From Pseudomonadota bacterium (GTDB lineage Bacteria > Pseudomonadota > Gammaproteobacteria > Burkholderiales > Burkholderiaceae_C): a DNA stretch of 64,000 bases. How positions within the stretch are numbered: the stretch's first letter is position 1; each line of letters opens with the position of its first letter. Below, in pieces: positions 17,987 through 27,668 of the stretch. The notes under the pieces were generated by a model. The model did not search any database. It had not been told where the DNA came from and saw only the letters and a list, made by a program, of their open reading frames with translations. The translations under genes and the position numbers were made by a program. The DNA lies in assembly GCA_018241185.1 (NCBI GenBank), contig JAFEEH010000195.1, forward strand, positions 19,308 to 83,307. The letters run 5' to 3'.

Positions 17987-18897
17987 GCGTGGGGTGCCTG
18001 CGATGGGAAAGAGGGAAGCGAACGCACCTGCACGCCGGCGTCGTCTTCGTAGGGGCGGATGAGTTCGCTGTAGTCGGCGTCGGGGCCGATACGTTCGACG
18101 GCCTGCGACCAACCAGCAAGCGCCGCTTGCGCCATGGCGGCCGTCAGGCCGCGCGCGCGGGCTTCGTCGATGAACAGCGCCAGATCCTTGAGCATCAGCC
18201 CAAGCGGTCCGCCGTAGTCGAAGGTGCCGGGCAGGATCGATGTCGGGAACTTGTCGAGGGTGGCGGCGTTGCGGCCCGAGCCTGCATTGATGGCCGACAC
18301 CAGCGTCCCGGCGTCCAGGCCGGCCTGCACGCCCAGCACCACCCCTTCGCACGAGGCCACCATGGCCGCGGCCGAGATCGCGTTGTTCACGAGCTTGCAC
18401 ACCTGCGCCAGCCCAGGCTGCACGCCGACGTCGAAGCGCTTGCCGGCCAGCGCCTGCAATTGCGCGTCGACCGCCGCCACGTGGTCGGCAGCGCCTGCAT
18501 GCATGAGGGACAGCGTTCCGGCCACCGCGCCCTGCGGTCCACCGCTGACGGGTGCATCGACCACGCCGATGCCACGCGCCGACAGCAGCTCGGCCATCTC
18601 GCGAACGCAGGCCGGGCCGACCGTGGACGTCTCGACCACCACGCGCACCGCACGCCCGCCCATGACGTCGCGGGCCACCGCCTGCGCCGCACTCACCGAT
18701 GGCAGGCAGAGGAACACGGCCGCGGCGCGGTCCGCGACGTCGCGTGCCGACGCGCACACCGTCGCGCCGGCCTCCGCCGCCCGAGCGCAGGCCGCGGGCG
18801 ACAGATCGTGCACCGCCAACGGAAAGCCAGCGGCCAGCAGCCGCTGCGCCAGCGCGCCGCCCATGTGGCCCAGTCCGATGAATCCGGTGATCTGCAT
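17983..18897 (-). CDS. NAD(P)-dependent 3-hydroxyisobutyrate dehydrogenase-family oxidoreductase
   Basis: GFIGLGHMG, DAPVSGG, CKLVNN, LMLKDL. Confidence 0.9.
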   Translation of the reverse strand: MQITGFIGLGHMGGALAQRLLAAGFPLAVHDLSPAACARAAEAGATVCASARDVADRAAAVFLCLPSVSAAQAVARDVMGGRAVRVVVETSTVGPACVREMAELLSARGIGVVDAPVSGGPQGAVAGTLSLMHAGAADHVAAVDAQLQALAGKRFDVGVQPGLAQVCKLVNNAISAAAMVASCEGVVLGVQAGLDAGTLVSAINAGSGRNAATLDKFPTSILPGTFDYGGPLGLMLKDLALFIDEARARGLTAAMAQAALAGWSQAVERIGPDADYSELIRPYEDDAGVQVRSLPSFPSQAPHA

Positions 18898-18984
18898 GGC
18901 CTGCAGCGTATCGGGCACACCCACGCCGCAACAGGCCGGTGCGTCCACATAGCGGAACAGTCGGGCCGCCGACCCGACGTCAGA

Positions 18985-19797
18985 TCAGGGCCCTGCCGCC
19001 TGCAGACGGGCCTCGATGGCGGCCTTGCTGGCGTGCAGGAGCCGGGTCAGCGGACCCAGCCGCTGTTCGATGCGAAAGCGCAGGGCGCAGATCGAGAGGC
19101 CCAGGATGGGGGTACCGTAGGCGTTCTGCACGGCGACGCCGATCGACATGATGTCGGGGGCCTCACCCGGTGCATTGACGGCGTAACCCGACTCGCGCGC
19201 CTGCCGCACCGCGTCCTTCAGCCGCTCGACGTCCGGCTCGCCGGCAGCGCGCAGCCGGGCCGCGTTGGCGTCGAGGATCTGGACCGCCGAATCGGGCGGC
19301 ATGGCCGCGAGCATGGCGACGCTGCCGGCGCCACTGCCCATCGGGCGGCGGCGCCCGACCTCCAGCGTCAGCACCTTGACCGGGTAGCTGCCCTCCCGGC
19401 GGGCGAGACAGACGCCATCGAGCCCGCTGCCGACGATGGCAAAGGCAGTGTCGCCGCTGCCCTCGGCCACTTCGGCCAGCGCGTCGCTGCTCACGCCATA
19501 CAGCGCCAGCGGAGGCTGGGCCACGAGCCCGAGCTCGTAGACGAGGGCCCCCAGCAGGTAGCCGCGGGTGGCGGGGTTCTGCCGCACGAGCCCCTCGTCC
19601 ACCAGCCGGCGCAGGATGCGGTGCGCGGTGGGCCGCTCCAGATCCAGGGCACGCGCGAGCTCGACCAGGCCCATCTCGCGTCGGGCACTGCCGGCAATGG
19701 CCCGCAGCAGGGCGGCCGCACGTGCCACGGCCTGGGTGCCCGCAGCACCACTGGCGGTCCGGGGAGAAAGTACGGAGTTGAGCGCATCCATGTCCAT
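18985..19797 (-). CDS. IclR-family transcriptional regulator
   Basis: GTQAVARAAALLRAI, ERPTAHRIL..LVDEGLV, GSGAGSVAML. Confidence 0.9.
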   Translation of the reverse strand: MDMDALNSVLSPRTASGAAGTQAVARAAALLRAIAGSARREMGLVELARALDLERPTAHRILRRLVDEGLVRQNPATRGYLLGALVYELGLVAQPPLALYGVSSDALAEVAEGSGDTAFAIVGSGLDGVCLARREGSYPVKVLTLEVGRRRPMGSGAGSVAMLAAMPPDSAVQILDANAARLRAAGEPDVERLKDAVRQARESGYAVNAPGEAPDIMSIGVAVQNAYGTPILGLSICALRFRIEQRLGPLTRLLHASKAAIEARLQAAGP

Positions 19798-19929
19798 ATT
19801 CTGGACCCGCCTTCGATGCCGCGGTCGATGCGATCGGGGGGACGCGCCGAGCGCCCGGACGTCATGGCATGCGGCGCAGCCGGTGCGCGCTGGTCCCGGG
19901 TGCAGGAGCGGCACCGAGGCTCCCAACCC

Positions 19930-20001
19930 CAAAGTGCAATCGGGCTGCAGCGCCCGTCTGGCGGGCGCTGCGGGCGAATTCGTAACAAGCGTGACGATCT
20001 C
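19930..20001 (+). repeat. Family A repeat copy 3
   Basis: CAAAGTGCAATCGGGCTGCAGCGCCCGTCTGGCGGGCGCTGCGGGCGAATTCGTAACAAGCGTGACGATCTC. Confidence 0.9.
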
Positions 20002-20045
20002 GCAGGGATCCCGGCTCAGCCCAGGTGCCGCAGCCACGGACCTGG

Positions 20046-21236
20046 CTAGAGGACGACCTCGTCGACGCGGTACTCGAACAGCCAGCCGTAGCGTTCGCGC
20101 ACGCGCTGCGGGCTCCATTCGCGGTCCACGTACGCCGCCGCGCCCGATGCGCTCGCGAGTTCGGGGTTGTGGAAGCGCCGGCCGTTCTCGGTCGATTTCT
20201 CGACGATCGTCGTGGTTCGAGCGAGGCGCGCGGCTTCGTAGCGCCGCAGCGCCTGGACGGGATCGTCGATCTCCGACAGGGCCCGCCCCAGCACGAAGCC
20301 GTCTTCGATGGCCATGCCCGCGCCCTGCGCCAGGAACGGCAGCGTGGGGTGGCAGGCATCGCCGAGCAGCGTGACACGGCCGTCGGTCCAGCGGGTCAGC
20401 GCCGGCCTGGCCATCAACGCCCAGCGGTAGGGCACGTCGATGTGGCGGATGAGCGCGTGGATGACGGGGTGCCAGCCGTCGAAGTCCGCGTGGCATTCGG
20501 CATGGCTGCCGCGCTGGGTCCACGACTCCGCGACCCATCGGTCGGTCTCGACGATGCCCACGAAGTTCATCAGCCGTCCGCCGCGCAGCGGGTAGTGGAT
20601 GACATGCCGCCCGGGGCCGACCCAGTTGGTGCCCACCTGCCGGACGGTCTTCGGCTCGAGACGATCCACCGGGATCACGCCGCGCCAGGCCGTGCAGCCG
20701 GCGTAGGTGGCGGGCCCTTCTCCAAAGAGTTGCCTGCGCACCGACGAATGGACGCCGTCGGCACCGATCAGGACGCATCCGGTGTGCACGGCCCCGTCGG
20801 CCAGCGTGAGGCGCACGCCGTCGTCCGTCTGTTCGAAGTGTTCCCCGCGCGCGCCGAGGCGGATCGCATCGGGCGCGATCGAGCGGACGGCGTCCACCAG
20901 CACCCGGTGCAGGTCCGGGCGGTAGAGCGTGTAGTAGGGGTAGCCGTATTCGGCGACCGATGCGTCGCCGAGGTCGAAGAGCTTCCAGGTCTGGCCGGTG
21001 CTCCACAGGCGGATTTCCTTGCCGTCGGGCTCGACGGCGACGTCGGCCAGCGCCTGCTCCAGCCCCAGCAGGTGCAGCGCGCGCGTGGCGTTGGCGCTCA
21101 GTTGCAGGCCGGCACCGACTTCGCCGAGCTGGCTGGCCTGCTCGAAGACCTGCACGGCATGGCCGCGGCGCAGCAGCGCAAGGGCGGCCGTCAGCCCGCC
21201 GATGCCGGCCCCGGCGATGAGGATCGGATCACGCAT
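20046..21236 (-). CDS. Group A flavoprotein monooxygenase (salicylate / 6-hydroxynicotinate hydroxylase-like)
   Basis: GAGIGG, GADG, LLGDACHPTLPFLAQGAGMAIEDG. Confidence 0.9.
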   Translation of the reverse strand: MRDPILIAGAGIGGLTAALALLRRGHAVQVFEQASQLGEVGAGLQLSANATRALHLLGLEQALADVAVEPDGKEIRLWSTGQTWKLFDLGDASVAEYGYPYYTLYRPDLHRVLVDAVRSIAPDAIRLGARGEHFEQTDDGVRLTLADGAVHTGCVLIGADGVHSSVRRQLFGEGPATYAGCTAWRGVIPVDRLEPKTVRQVGTNWVGPGRHVIHYPLRGGRLMNFVGIVETDRWVAESWTQRGSHAECHADFDGWHPVIHALIRHIDVPYRWALMARPALTRWTDGRVTLLGDACHPTLPFLAQGAGMAIEDGFVLGRALSEIDDPVQALRRYEAARLARTTTIVEKSTENGRRFHNPELASASGAAAYVDREWSPQRVRERYGWLFEYRVDEVVL

Positions 21237-21239
21237 CGG

Positions 21240-22214
21240 TCACTCCGCAGTGACGTTGGCTTGCTGGATGATCCTGGCCCACTTGGCCGCGTCCGTCGCA
21301 ATGACCTTGCCGAAGGCGTCGGCGCCGGGAACGCCGGGCTCCACGCCCTGCTCCTTCAGCGCCTGGCGCACCTCCGGCAACTGGGCCACCTTGGCCATCG
21401 TGCGGCGCAGGAGTTCGAGCACCGGCGCCGGCGTGGCCTTCGGCGCCACGAGGCCGAACCAGGAATAGGCCTCGTACGGGGAACCGATGCCGGCCTGGAG
21501 GGTGGGGGTGTCGGGCAGCGGCCCATAGGGCTGCGCGCCGCCCGTCGCGATGGCACGCAGCTTGCCCGCCTGGATGAACGGATAGAGCGCGGCCGCGGTG
21601 TCGAAGACCAGGTCGACCTGGCCGCCGATGGCGTCGGTGATGGCCGGGCTGCCGCCGCGGTAGGGAACGTGGGTCAGCTTGATGCCGGCGGTGTCGGCAT
21701 ACAGCTCGGTCGCCAGGTGCCCGATCGAACCCGTGCCGGCGGTGCCCACGGTGACGGTGCCCTGCCGGGCCTTGCGCTGGATGTCCGCCAGCGAAGCGAT
21801 GCCGGCACCTGTCGACGCCGCAATCATCATCGGGCCACGAAGCGCCATTCCGACCGGCACGAAGGACTGCGCGTCGTACTTGAGGTTCTTGTAGAGGCCC
21901 GGCGCGACGGCCAGGGTGCTGGTGCCGCCCCAGAGCAGCGTGTAGCCATCGGCGGCGGCGCGCGCGACGAAGGCGCTGCCGACCGTTCCGGCGGCGCCCG
22001 CGCGGTTGTCGATCACCACCGGCTGGCCGAGTTGCTCGGCCAGCGCCTTGCCGTACAGGCGCGCACTGGCGTCGGTCGGCCCCCCGGCCGGGAAGGGCAC
22101 GACGATGGTGATGGGCCGATCGGGATAAGCGGGCTGGGCGAGCGCCGGAACCGACATGGCGGTGGCCAGCGCGACGAACGAGGCCGCGAAGGCGCGGCGG
22201 GTGATGGGGTGCAT
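21240..22214 (-). CDS. Bug/TctC substrate-binding protein
   Basis: VPFPAGGPTD, GAAGTVG, ADGYTLL, HVPYRG. Confidence 0.93.
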   Translation of the reverse strand: MHPITRRAFAASFVALATAMSVPALAQPAYPDRPITIVVPFPAGGPTDASARLYGKALAEQLGQPVVIDNRAGAAGTVGSAFVARAAADGYTLLWGGTSTLAVAPGLYKNLKYDAQSFVPVGMALRGPMMIAASTGAGIASLADIQRKARQGTVTVGTAGTGSIGHLATELYADTAGIKLTHVPYRGGSPAITDAIGGQVDLVFDTAAALYPFIQAGKLRAIATGGAQPYGPLPDTPTLQAGIGSPYEAYSWFGLVAPKATPAPVLELLRRTMAKVAQLPEVRQALKEQGVEPGVPGADAFGKVIATDAAKWARIIQQANVTAE

Positions 22215-22305
22215 GGGTGTCTCCGGAAAAGAACGTGCGAATGCTTCGCTGCTGCAGCGATTGGAACGGCTCGTTTCAACGAAGTAAAAGTCAGAAATAG
22301 AATCA

Positions 22306-22328
22306 ATTGATAAGTCAGATCTATCAAT
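22306..22328. promoter_or_regulatory. LysR recognition box
   Basis: ATTGATA-N9-TATCAAT (contains T-N11-A) in the AT-rich gap between divergent Bug and LysR genes. Confidence 0.65.
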
Positions 22329-22341
22329 CGATGGGCCCGCG

Positions 22342-23229
22342 ATGAACCTGTCTGTCCGCCAACTGCGCGCCTTCGTCGCGACCGCACGCCTGCGCAGCTT
22401 CACGCGGGCGGCCGAGCAGTTGCACGTCACGCAGCCGGGCCTGAGCGCCATGCTGCGCGAAGTGGAGTCGCAGCTGGACTGCCGCCTGTTCGAGCGCACC
22501 ACCCGCAGCGTGACCTTGACGGTCCAGGGCGAAGCCTTCGTCCCGACGGCCCTGCGGGTGCTCAAGGAACTCGAAGACGCTGCCGCGTCGCTGGGGCGCA
22601 TCACGGCCACGCAGAAGCGGCGCCTGTCGGTCGGCGCGACGCCCGTGATCGCCTCGTCGATCCTGCCCGAGGCCTGCGCACGGTTCGCACGGCAGCACCC
22701 GCAGGTCGAGGTGGAGGTGCAGGACCTGAGCCGCGAGTCGATCTACGAGCGGGTGCAGTCCGGTGTGCTCGACGCCGGGTTCGGCGCCTTTCTGGACACG
22801 TCGCGCACGGTGCGACGCCGCCGGGTCTTCGCATCCGCCCTGACCTTGATCGAACCCGAGGGGGCCGTCGCATCGCGCCGACGCTGGAAGGACGTGCCGC
22901 GCGACCGCATGATGGGCCTGCCGTCCGACAACCCCATCCAGCAACGCGTCGAGGCCCAGCTGCGCGCGACGGGCGAGCCCGGCAGCTTCGGGCAGAGCTT
23001 CAACCACCTGCACACGCTGCTGGCGATGGTCGAAGCCGGGGCCGGCCTGGCCGTGCTGCCGGACTTCGTCGCGAGTGCCGCGTCACGCTATCGCGTGACG
23101 CTGAGCGCACTGCGGAACCCGGTCGCCACGGTCGACTTCTATGAGATCACCAAGGCCGGCCGTGCGCAGAATGCACTGCTCGCGTCGTTGACGGCCTGCC
23201 TGGCCGAATGCGCCCTCGCGCACCGGTGA
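22342..23229 (+). CDS. LysR-family regulator
   Basis: SFTRAAEQLHVTQPGLSAMLREVESQL..RLFERTTRSV. Confidence 0.93.
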   Translation: MNLSVRQLRAFVATARLRSFTRAAEQLHVTQPGLSAMLREVESQLDCRLFERTTRSVTLTVQGEAFVPTALRVLKELEDAAASLGRITATQKRRLSVGATPVIASSILPEACARFARQHPQVEVEVQDLSRESIYERVQSGVLDAGFGAFLDTSRTVRRRRVFASALTLIEPEGAVASRRRWKDVPRDRMMGLPSDNPIQQRVEAQLRATGEPGSFGQSFNHLHTLLAMVEAGAGLAVLPDFVASAASRYRVTLSALRNPVATVDFYEITKAGRAQNALLASLTACLAECALAHR

Positions 23230-23323
23230 GGGCCAGCGGCTGCGCCACATCGGCGGGCCGCCGGACGCGTCGCAGCCGCCACGCACGGTGCCCGACGGGG
23301 CACGCGGAACGGCAAGAAAAAGT

Positions 23324-23665
23324 GTGAAGCGCGCCGATACGCCGGATTCTGTGCACGGCGACACCCTTGCGGATGCCGCCGCGTGACCGCCATTCATCTG
23401 GGCCGTGGGTCGCCCACACGGCTCGGTGCCACCTACCCGCCAGCTCTGCGGAACCACATCGACGCTGGCCTACTTGGTGTTGCTGCGCGCAGAGATTGCC
23501 CGTTTCACCCGGATCGGGGTTGCCCCCTCACCGACTCGTCTCTGTTGCTCTGATCCTCACCTCGCGGTGGAGAGCCGTTAGCTCCTGCGCTGTCCTGTGC
23601 AGTCCGGACGTTCCTCCAGTGCGCTCTTTCGAGACTTGCACCAGCGGCGGCCTGGCGTGCTTCAC
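23324..23665 (-). ncRNA. rnpB: RNase P RNA (bacterial type A)
   Basis: Minus strand: GAGGAACGUCCGGAC (CR-I/P4), AGAGCAACAGAGA, GGUGAAACGGGCAA, GCAGCAACACCAAGUAGG, ACAGAAUCCGGCGUAU; P1 GUGAAGCACGCC pairs with GGCGCGCUUCAC. Confidence 0.95.
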
Positions 23666-23667
23666 GG

Positions 23668-23678
23668 GCGCAATTATC
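23668..23678 (-). promoter_or_regulatory. Probable rnpB -10 element and GC-rich discriminator
   Basis: GATAAT followed by TGCGCCC just before P1; includes the TAA stop of the upstream AraC gene. Confidence 0.5.
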
Positions 23679-24600
23679 GCCGTGCCCGCTTGAAGCGCCC
23701 CGGCGTGGTGCCCGCATGGCGCGCGAAGGCGCGGTTGAAGGCCGCCTCGGACCGGTAGCCCACCGCCTCGCCGATGCTGGCCGTGTCCTGCGTGCCCCGG
23801 GCGAGCAGGTGGGCCGCCCGCTCCATGCGCAGCGTCGTCAGCACAGCCATCGGGCCGGTGCCCACGCGACGCGTGAACTCGCGCGCGAAGGTCGCGCGCG
23901 ACACATGGCAGCGCGCGGCGAGCGAGGCCACGGTCCATGGCGCTTCGGGCTGGGCCACCATGGCATGCAGCGCGGCACCCAGGCGCGGGCTGGCGATCAG
24001 CCCGAGCAGGCCGCCGAGTTCGGGCTGCGTCTCGAGATACGCGCGCACGGCCAGCGTGAAGAGCGTGCCCGACAGCTGCGCGACGATGACGTGCGCCCCG
24101 GCGCGCTGCTGGGTCACCTCCTGCGCCATGAGGCGCACCAGCCCTTCGAGCCAGGCGAACTCGGGCCGGCCACCGAAGGCGATCACCAGCGGCTCGGGCA
24201 GCGCGTCGAGCAGCACGCTGCGGCGGCGGCCGGGGAACTCGAACTCGCCGCACAGGATGTCGGTGTCGGCCCGGGCCGGGTGGCGCAGGTTGGTCTTGAG
24301 ATCGACCAGCGCGCCCGCCCGCTGGCGGATGGGACGGTCCTCGCCCTGCGGCTCGGCGCTGCGCAGCACATGCGCCTGCCCGCGGGGCAGCACGACCAAC
24401 GTGCCGGCTTCCAGCACCCGGCTGTCGTCCTGACCGGCCAGCAGCAGCTCGCAGCGGCCGCGCAGCACGATGTGGAAAGGCGCGCGCCAGGGGCCGATGG
24501 CCGCATGGGGCGCCGACCAGGTTTCGCCGAACAGGCAACGCAGGTCCATGCGCCCGCGCGGGTCCAGCCAGGTCACGAGTTCGGCGAGGGGGTCATCCAT
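23674..24600 (-). CDS. AraC-family regulator with cupin domain (RclR-like)
   Basis: LDPRGRMDLRC..G..W, FHIVLRG, ILCGEF, LFTLAVR, PRLG.A, WTVASLA; two Cys at the RclR positions. Confidence 0.88.
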   Translation of the reverse strand: MDDPLAELVTWLDPRGRMDLRCLFGETWSAPHAAIGPWRAPFHIVLRGRCELLLAGQDDSRVLEAGTLVVLPRGQAHVLRSAEPQGEDRPIRQRAGALVDLKTNLRHPARADTDILCGEFEFPGRRRSVLLDALPEPLVIAFGGRPEFAWLEGLVRLMAQEVTQQRAGAHVIVAQLSGTLFTLAVRAYLETQPELGGLLGLIASPRLGAALHAMVAQPEAPWTVASLAARCHVSRATFAREFTRRVGTGPMAVLTTLRMERAAHLLARGTQDTASIGEAVGYRSEAAFNRAFARHAGTTPGRFKRARR

Positions 24601-24705
24601 CGGGAGCCGCATTTGAGACGGAAAAGCAATTGAATGATCCTGGAGCGCATTCACGATCTTATCGCCGGCGCCCAGAATTCATCCACGACCTTCGAGGTGA
24701 ACACC

Positions 24706-25677
24706 ATGGCTTCCACTGAACGTACGCCCCCCCTTCCCGTCTCCTACTTCGGCATCGCCGTCGGCACGCTGGCGCTGGCCAACGCCTGGCGCGTCGCGGT
24801 GCCGCTGTGGCAGCTGCCTGCCGAAATCGCGCAGGCCACGGCCGTGGCCGGCCTCGCGGTGTGGGCGCTGCTGCTGGCCCTCTATGCCCACAAGTGGCTG
24901 CATCAGCGCGCGGCGGCGCGGGGCGAACTCGATCATCCGGTGCAATCGTCCTTCGTGGCGCTGGTGCCGGTGTCCAGCCTGCTCGCCGCGATGGCGCTGC
25001 TGCCGTGGTCGAGGCCCCTGGCGCTCGCCGTGTTCGGGGTTGCGGTGGTGGGTGGCGCGGCGCTCGGGCTGTGGCTGTACGGCCGCCTGTGGCTGGGCGG
25101 CCGTGCGCCCGAACTCGTCACGCCCGCGGTCTACCTGCCGGCCGTGGCGCAGAACTTCGTGGCCGGGACCGCCGCTGCGGCCTTCGGCTGGCCGCAGGTG
25201 GGCCTGTGGTTCTTCGGCGCCGGGCTGTTCTCGTGGTTCGCGATCGAGTCGCTGGTCCTCGGCCGCGCCGCGCTGCAGGCGCCGCTGCCCGAGGCCCTGC
25301 GGCCCTTGCTGGGCATCCAGCTCGCGCCAGCCGTGGTCGGCGGCGTGAGCTGGATGGCCGTGAACCACGGCGTGCCCGACCTGTTCGCGCAGGCGCTGCT
25401 GGGCTATGGCCTGTTCCAGGCGGCGCTGCTGCTGCGGCTGCTGCCCTGGATCGCGCGGCAGCCCTTCGCGCCCTCGTTCTGGGCCTTCAGCTTCGGCGTC
25501 GCGGCGCTGCCCACGCTGGCGATGCGCCTGCTCGGCGCCGGCGCCGGCGGCCCGCTGGCCTGGGTGGCGCCCGCCACCTTCGCGGCCGCCAACCTCATCA
25601 TCGGGCTGCTCGCCGTGCGGACCCTGGCCCTTCTGCTGCAGGGCCGGCTGTTGCCGGCGGCAACCCCCTTGCGCTGA
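24706..25677 (+). CDS. tehA: TehA/SLAC1-family anion channel
   Basis: [47 protein letters not shown]. Confidence 0.88.
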   Translation: MASTERTPPLPVSYFGIAVGTLALANAWRVAVPLWQLPAEIAQATAVAGLAVWALLLALYAHKWLHQRAAARGELDHPVQSSFVALVPVSSLLAAMALLPWSRPLALAVFGVAVVGGAALGLWLYGRLWLGGRAPELVTPAVYLPAVAQNFVAGTAAAAFGWPQVGLWFFGAGLFSWFAIESLVLGRAALQAPLPEALRPLLGIQLAPAVVGGVSWMAVNHGVPDLFAQALLGYGLFQAALLLRLLPWIARQPFAPSFWAFSFGVAALPTLAMRLLGAGAGGPLAWVAPATFAAANLIIGLLAVRTLALLLQGRLLPAATPLR

Positions 25678-25745
25678 AACGGTCGCGGGCAGGATTCACA
25701 ATGCGCGTTGTCCGCCCGTCGACCCCTTTCCTCCAGGAGACCCGC

Positions 25746-26666
25746 ATGAAGGCCCAGAACGTCCTGCAGACCATCGGCAACACGCCGCACATCCGCATCA
25801 ACAAGCTCTTCGGCCCTGCCACGCAGCAGGTGTGGATCAAGTCCGAGCGCAGCAACCCCGGCGGCTCGATCAAGGACCGCATTGGCCTGGCCATGATCGA
25901 GGACGCCGAGAAGTCCGGCGCGCTCAAGCCTGGCGGCACGATCATCGAGCCGACCAGCGGCAACACCGGCATCGGCCTGGCGATGGCCGCGGCCGTCAAG
26001 GGCTACAAGCTGGTGCTGGTGATGCCCGAGTCGATGTCCATCGAGCGCCGGCGCCTCATGCTGGCCTACGGCGCGAGCTTCGACCTCACGCCGAAGGAAA
26101 AGGGCATGAAGGGCGCCATCGCGCGCGCCGAAGAGCTGGTCGCCAGCACGCCCAACGCCTGGATGCCGCAGCAGTTCAACAACCCCGCCAATGTGGATGT
26201 GCATGTACGCACCACGGCCGAGGAGATCGCGGCCGACTTCCCTGAAGGCGTCGACGTCATCATCACCGGCGTGGGCACGGGCGGCCACATCACCGGCTGC
26301 GCGCAAGTGCTCAAGAAGAAGTGGCCCAAGCTGAAGGTGTTCGCCGTCGAGCCGGTCGCGTCGCCGGTGCTCTCGGGCGGCAGCCCGGCGCCGCATCCGA
26401 TCCAGGGCATCGGCGCCGGCTTCGTGCCGCAGATCCTGAAGACCGACCTGCTCGACGGCATCATCCAGGTCGACGCCGAACCGGCGCGCGAGATGGCCCG
26501 CCGCTGCGCGCGCGAGGAAGGCATGCTGGTCGGCATCTCCTCCGGCGCCACACTGGCCGCCATCGCGCAGAAGCTGCCCGAATTGCCGGCCGACGCGGTG
26601 GTGCTGGGCTTCAACTACGACACCGGCGAGCGCTACCTGTCGATCGAGGGCTTCCTGCCGGCCTGA
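25746..26666 (+). CDS. cysK: Cysteine synthase A
   Basis: [14 protein letters not shown] (PLP Lys), [30 protein letters not shown]. Confidence 0.95.
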   Translation: MKAQNVLQTIGNTPHIRINKLFGPATQQVWIKSERSNPGGSIKDRIGLAMIEDAEKSGALKPGGTIIEPTSGNTGIGLAMAAAVKGYKLVLVMPESMSIERRRLMLAYGASFDLTPKEKGMKGAIARAEELVASTPNAWMPQQFNNPANVDVHVRTTAEEIAADFPEGVDVIITGVGTGGHITGCAQVLKKKWPKLKVFAVEPVASPVLSGGSPAPHPIQGIGAGFVPQILKTDLLDGIIQVDAEPAREMARRCAREEGMLVGISSGATLAAIAQKLPELPADAVVLGFNYDTGERYLSIEGFLPA

Positions 26667-26696
26667 GCGCCACGGCCCGGCCTCGGGAGGCTGCCC

Positions 26697-27668
26697 TCAA
26701 CCGAGGAGTTCGCGGCGAGCGAAGCGCACCACGGTCACCCCGGCCCGCGCCTGCCGGGTCGAGGGCATGACCAGCACGCAGTCGTCGTAGGGGGTACGCA
26801 CGGGTTCGCCGTCGTTGTCTCCGATCACGGTGCCGGCCAGCGGCACCAGCGGCAGGCCGGTGAAGTCAGCGGTGAACCGAAAGCGCTCGCTTCGGGCCAC
26901 GACGGGGCCGGTGACGTGCAGGGCCCACTGCTTCGACACATCCGGCTGGCGCCAGCCGGGCAACAGTGCCTCCGCGGCATCGCCCGGCAGCGTGCCGGCC
27001 AAGGCCAGGAAGCGCACGCACTGGTCGCGCGCCACCACCAGGCTTGCGGGATCGCCATGGAAGCCGCATTCGACGAGCAGCGAACGCGTGTCGGGCTGCT
27101 GCGCGTCGGGTTCACCCAAGCGGCCGAAGTCGCGCATGCGCACGCCGTCCCTGTGCCCCGCATCCACCACCACATGTGCAGGAGCACGCATCTGCCGCGC
27201 CAGCGCCAGGTTGCGCGGCTGCAGCCCGACCAGGGCGAGCGCCGGCCCGGGCTCGTGCATGGAATGCAGGTCCAGCAACCAGTCCGAGGCCTCGACGAAG
27301 GGGCGCAGTGCGGCCGCGCGGCGGCGCTCGCGTGTGCCCCCGTCGGCGATCCGCTCGGGCATCCATTGGCGGTTCATGTCTTCGTCGACGAAGCGCGAGT
27401 CGTCGTGCCGGCGTGCATCGAAGCGGTCGAAGGCCTCCAGGTTGCACCAGGCGAGCGTGAGCGCGCCGCGTGCGGGCCGAACGCCTGCCTGCAACAGGCC
27501 CAGCACGGCCCAGGCACCGCACAGCTCGTTGCCGTGCACCAGGGCGCTGACCATGACGCGCCGGCCCGGCGCCCCGGAGTCGAAATGCCAGACGCCCTCG
27601 ACGCCGGTGTTGCCTGCACGCCAGGGGGCAATGTCGGGTGGCGACAGCTCGAAAGACGGGTCGCTCAT
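26697..27668 (-). CDS. Succinylglutamate desuccinylase/aspartoacylase (M14) family
   Basis: LVHGNELCG, DMNR, LLDLHS, LVECG. Confidence 0.88.
   Translation of the reverse strand: MSDPSFELSPPDIAPWRAGNTGVEGVWHFDSGAPGRRVMVSALVHGNELCGAWAVLGLLQAGVRPARGALTLAWCNLEAFDRFDARRHDDSRFVDEDMNRQWMPERIADGGTRERRRAAALRPFVEASDWLLDLHSMHEPGPALALVGLQPRNLALARQMRAPAHVVVDAGHRDGVRMRDFGRLGEPDAQQPDTRSLLVECGFHGDPASLVVARDQCVRFLALAGTLPGDAAEALLPGWRQPDVSKQWALHVTGPVVARSERFRFTADFTGLPLVPLAGTVIGDNDGEPVRTPYDDCVLVMPSTRQARAGVTVVRFARRELLG

Noticed and set aside
15165-21236. Calling the cluster a nicotinate (nic) pathway with nicC and nicX
   Set aside because: The COG2309 protein lacks the NicX His and H-x-D ligands, and nicD, nicE, nicF and nicAB-like genes are absent.
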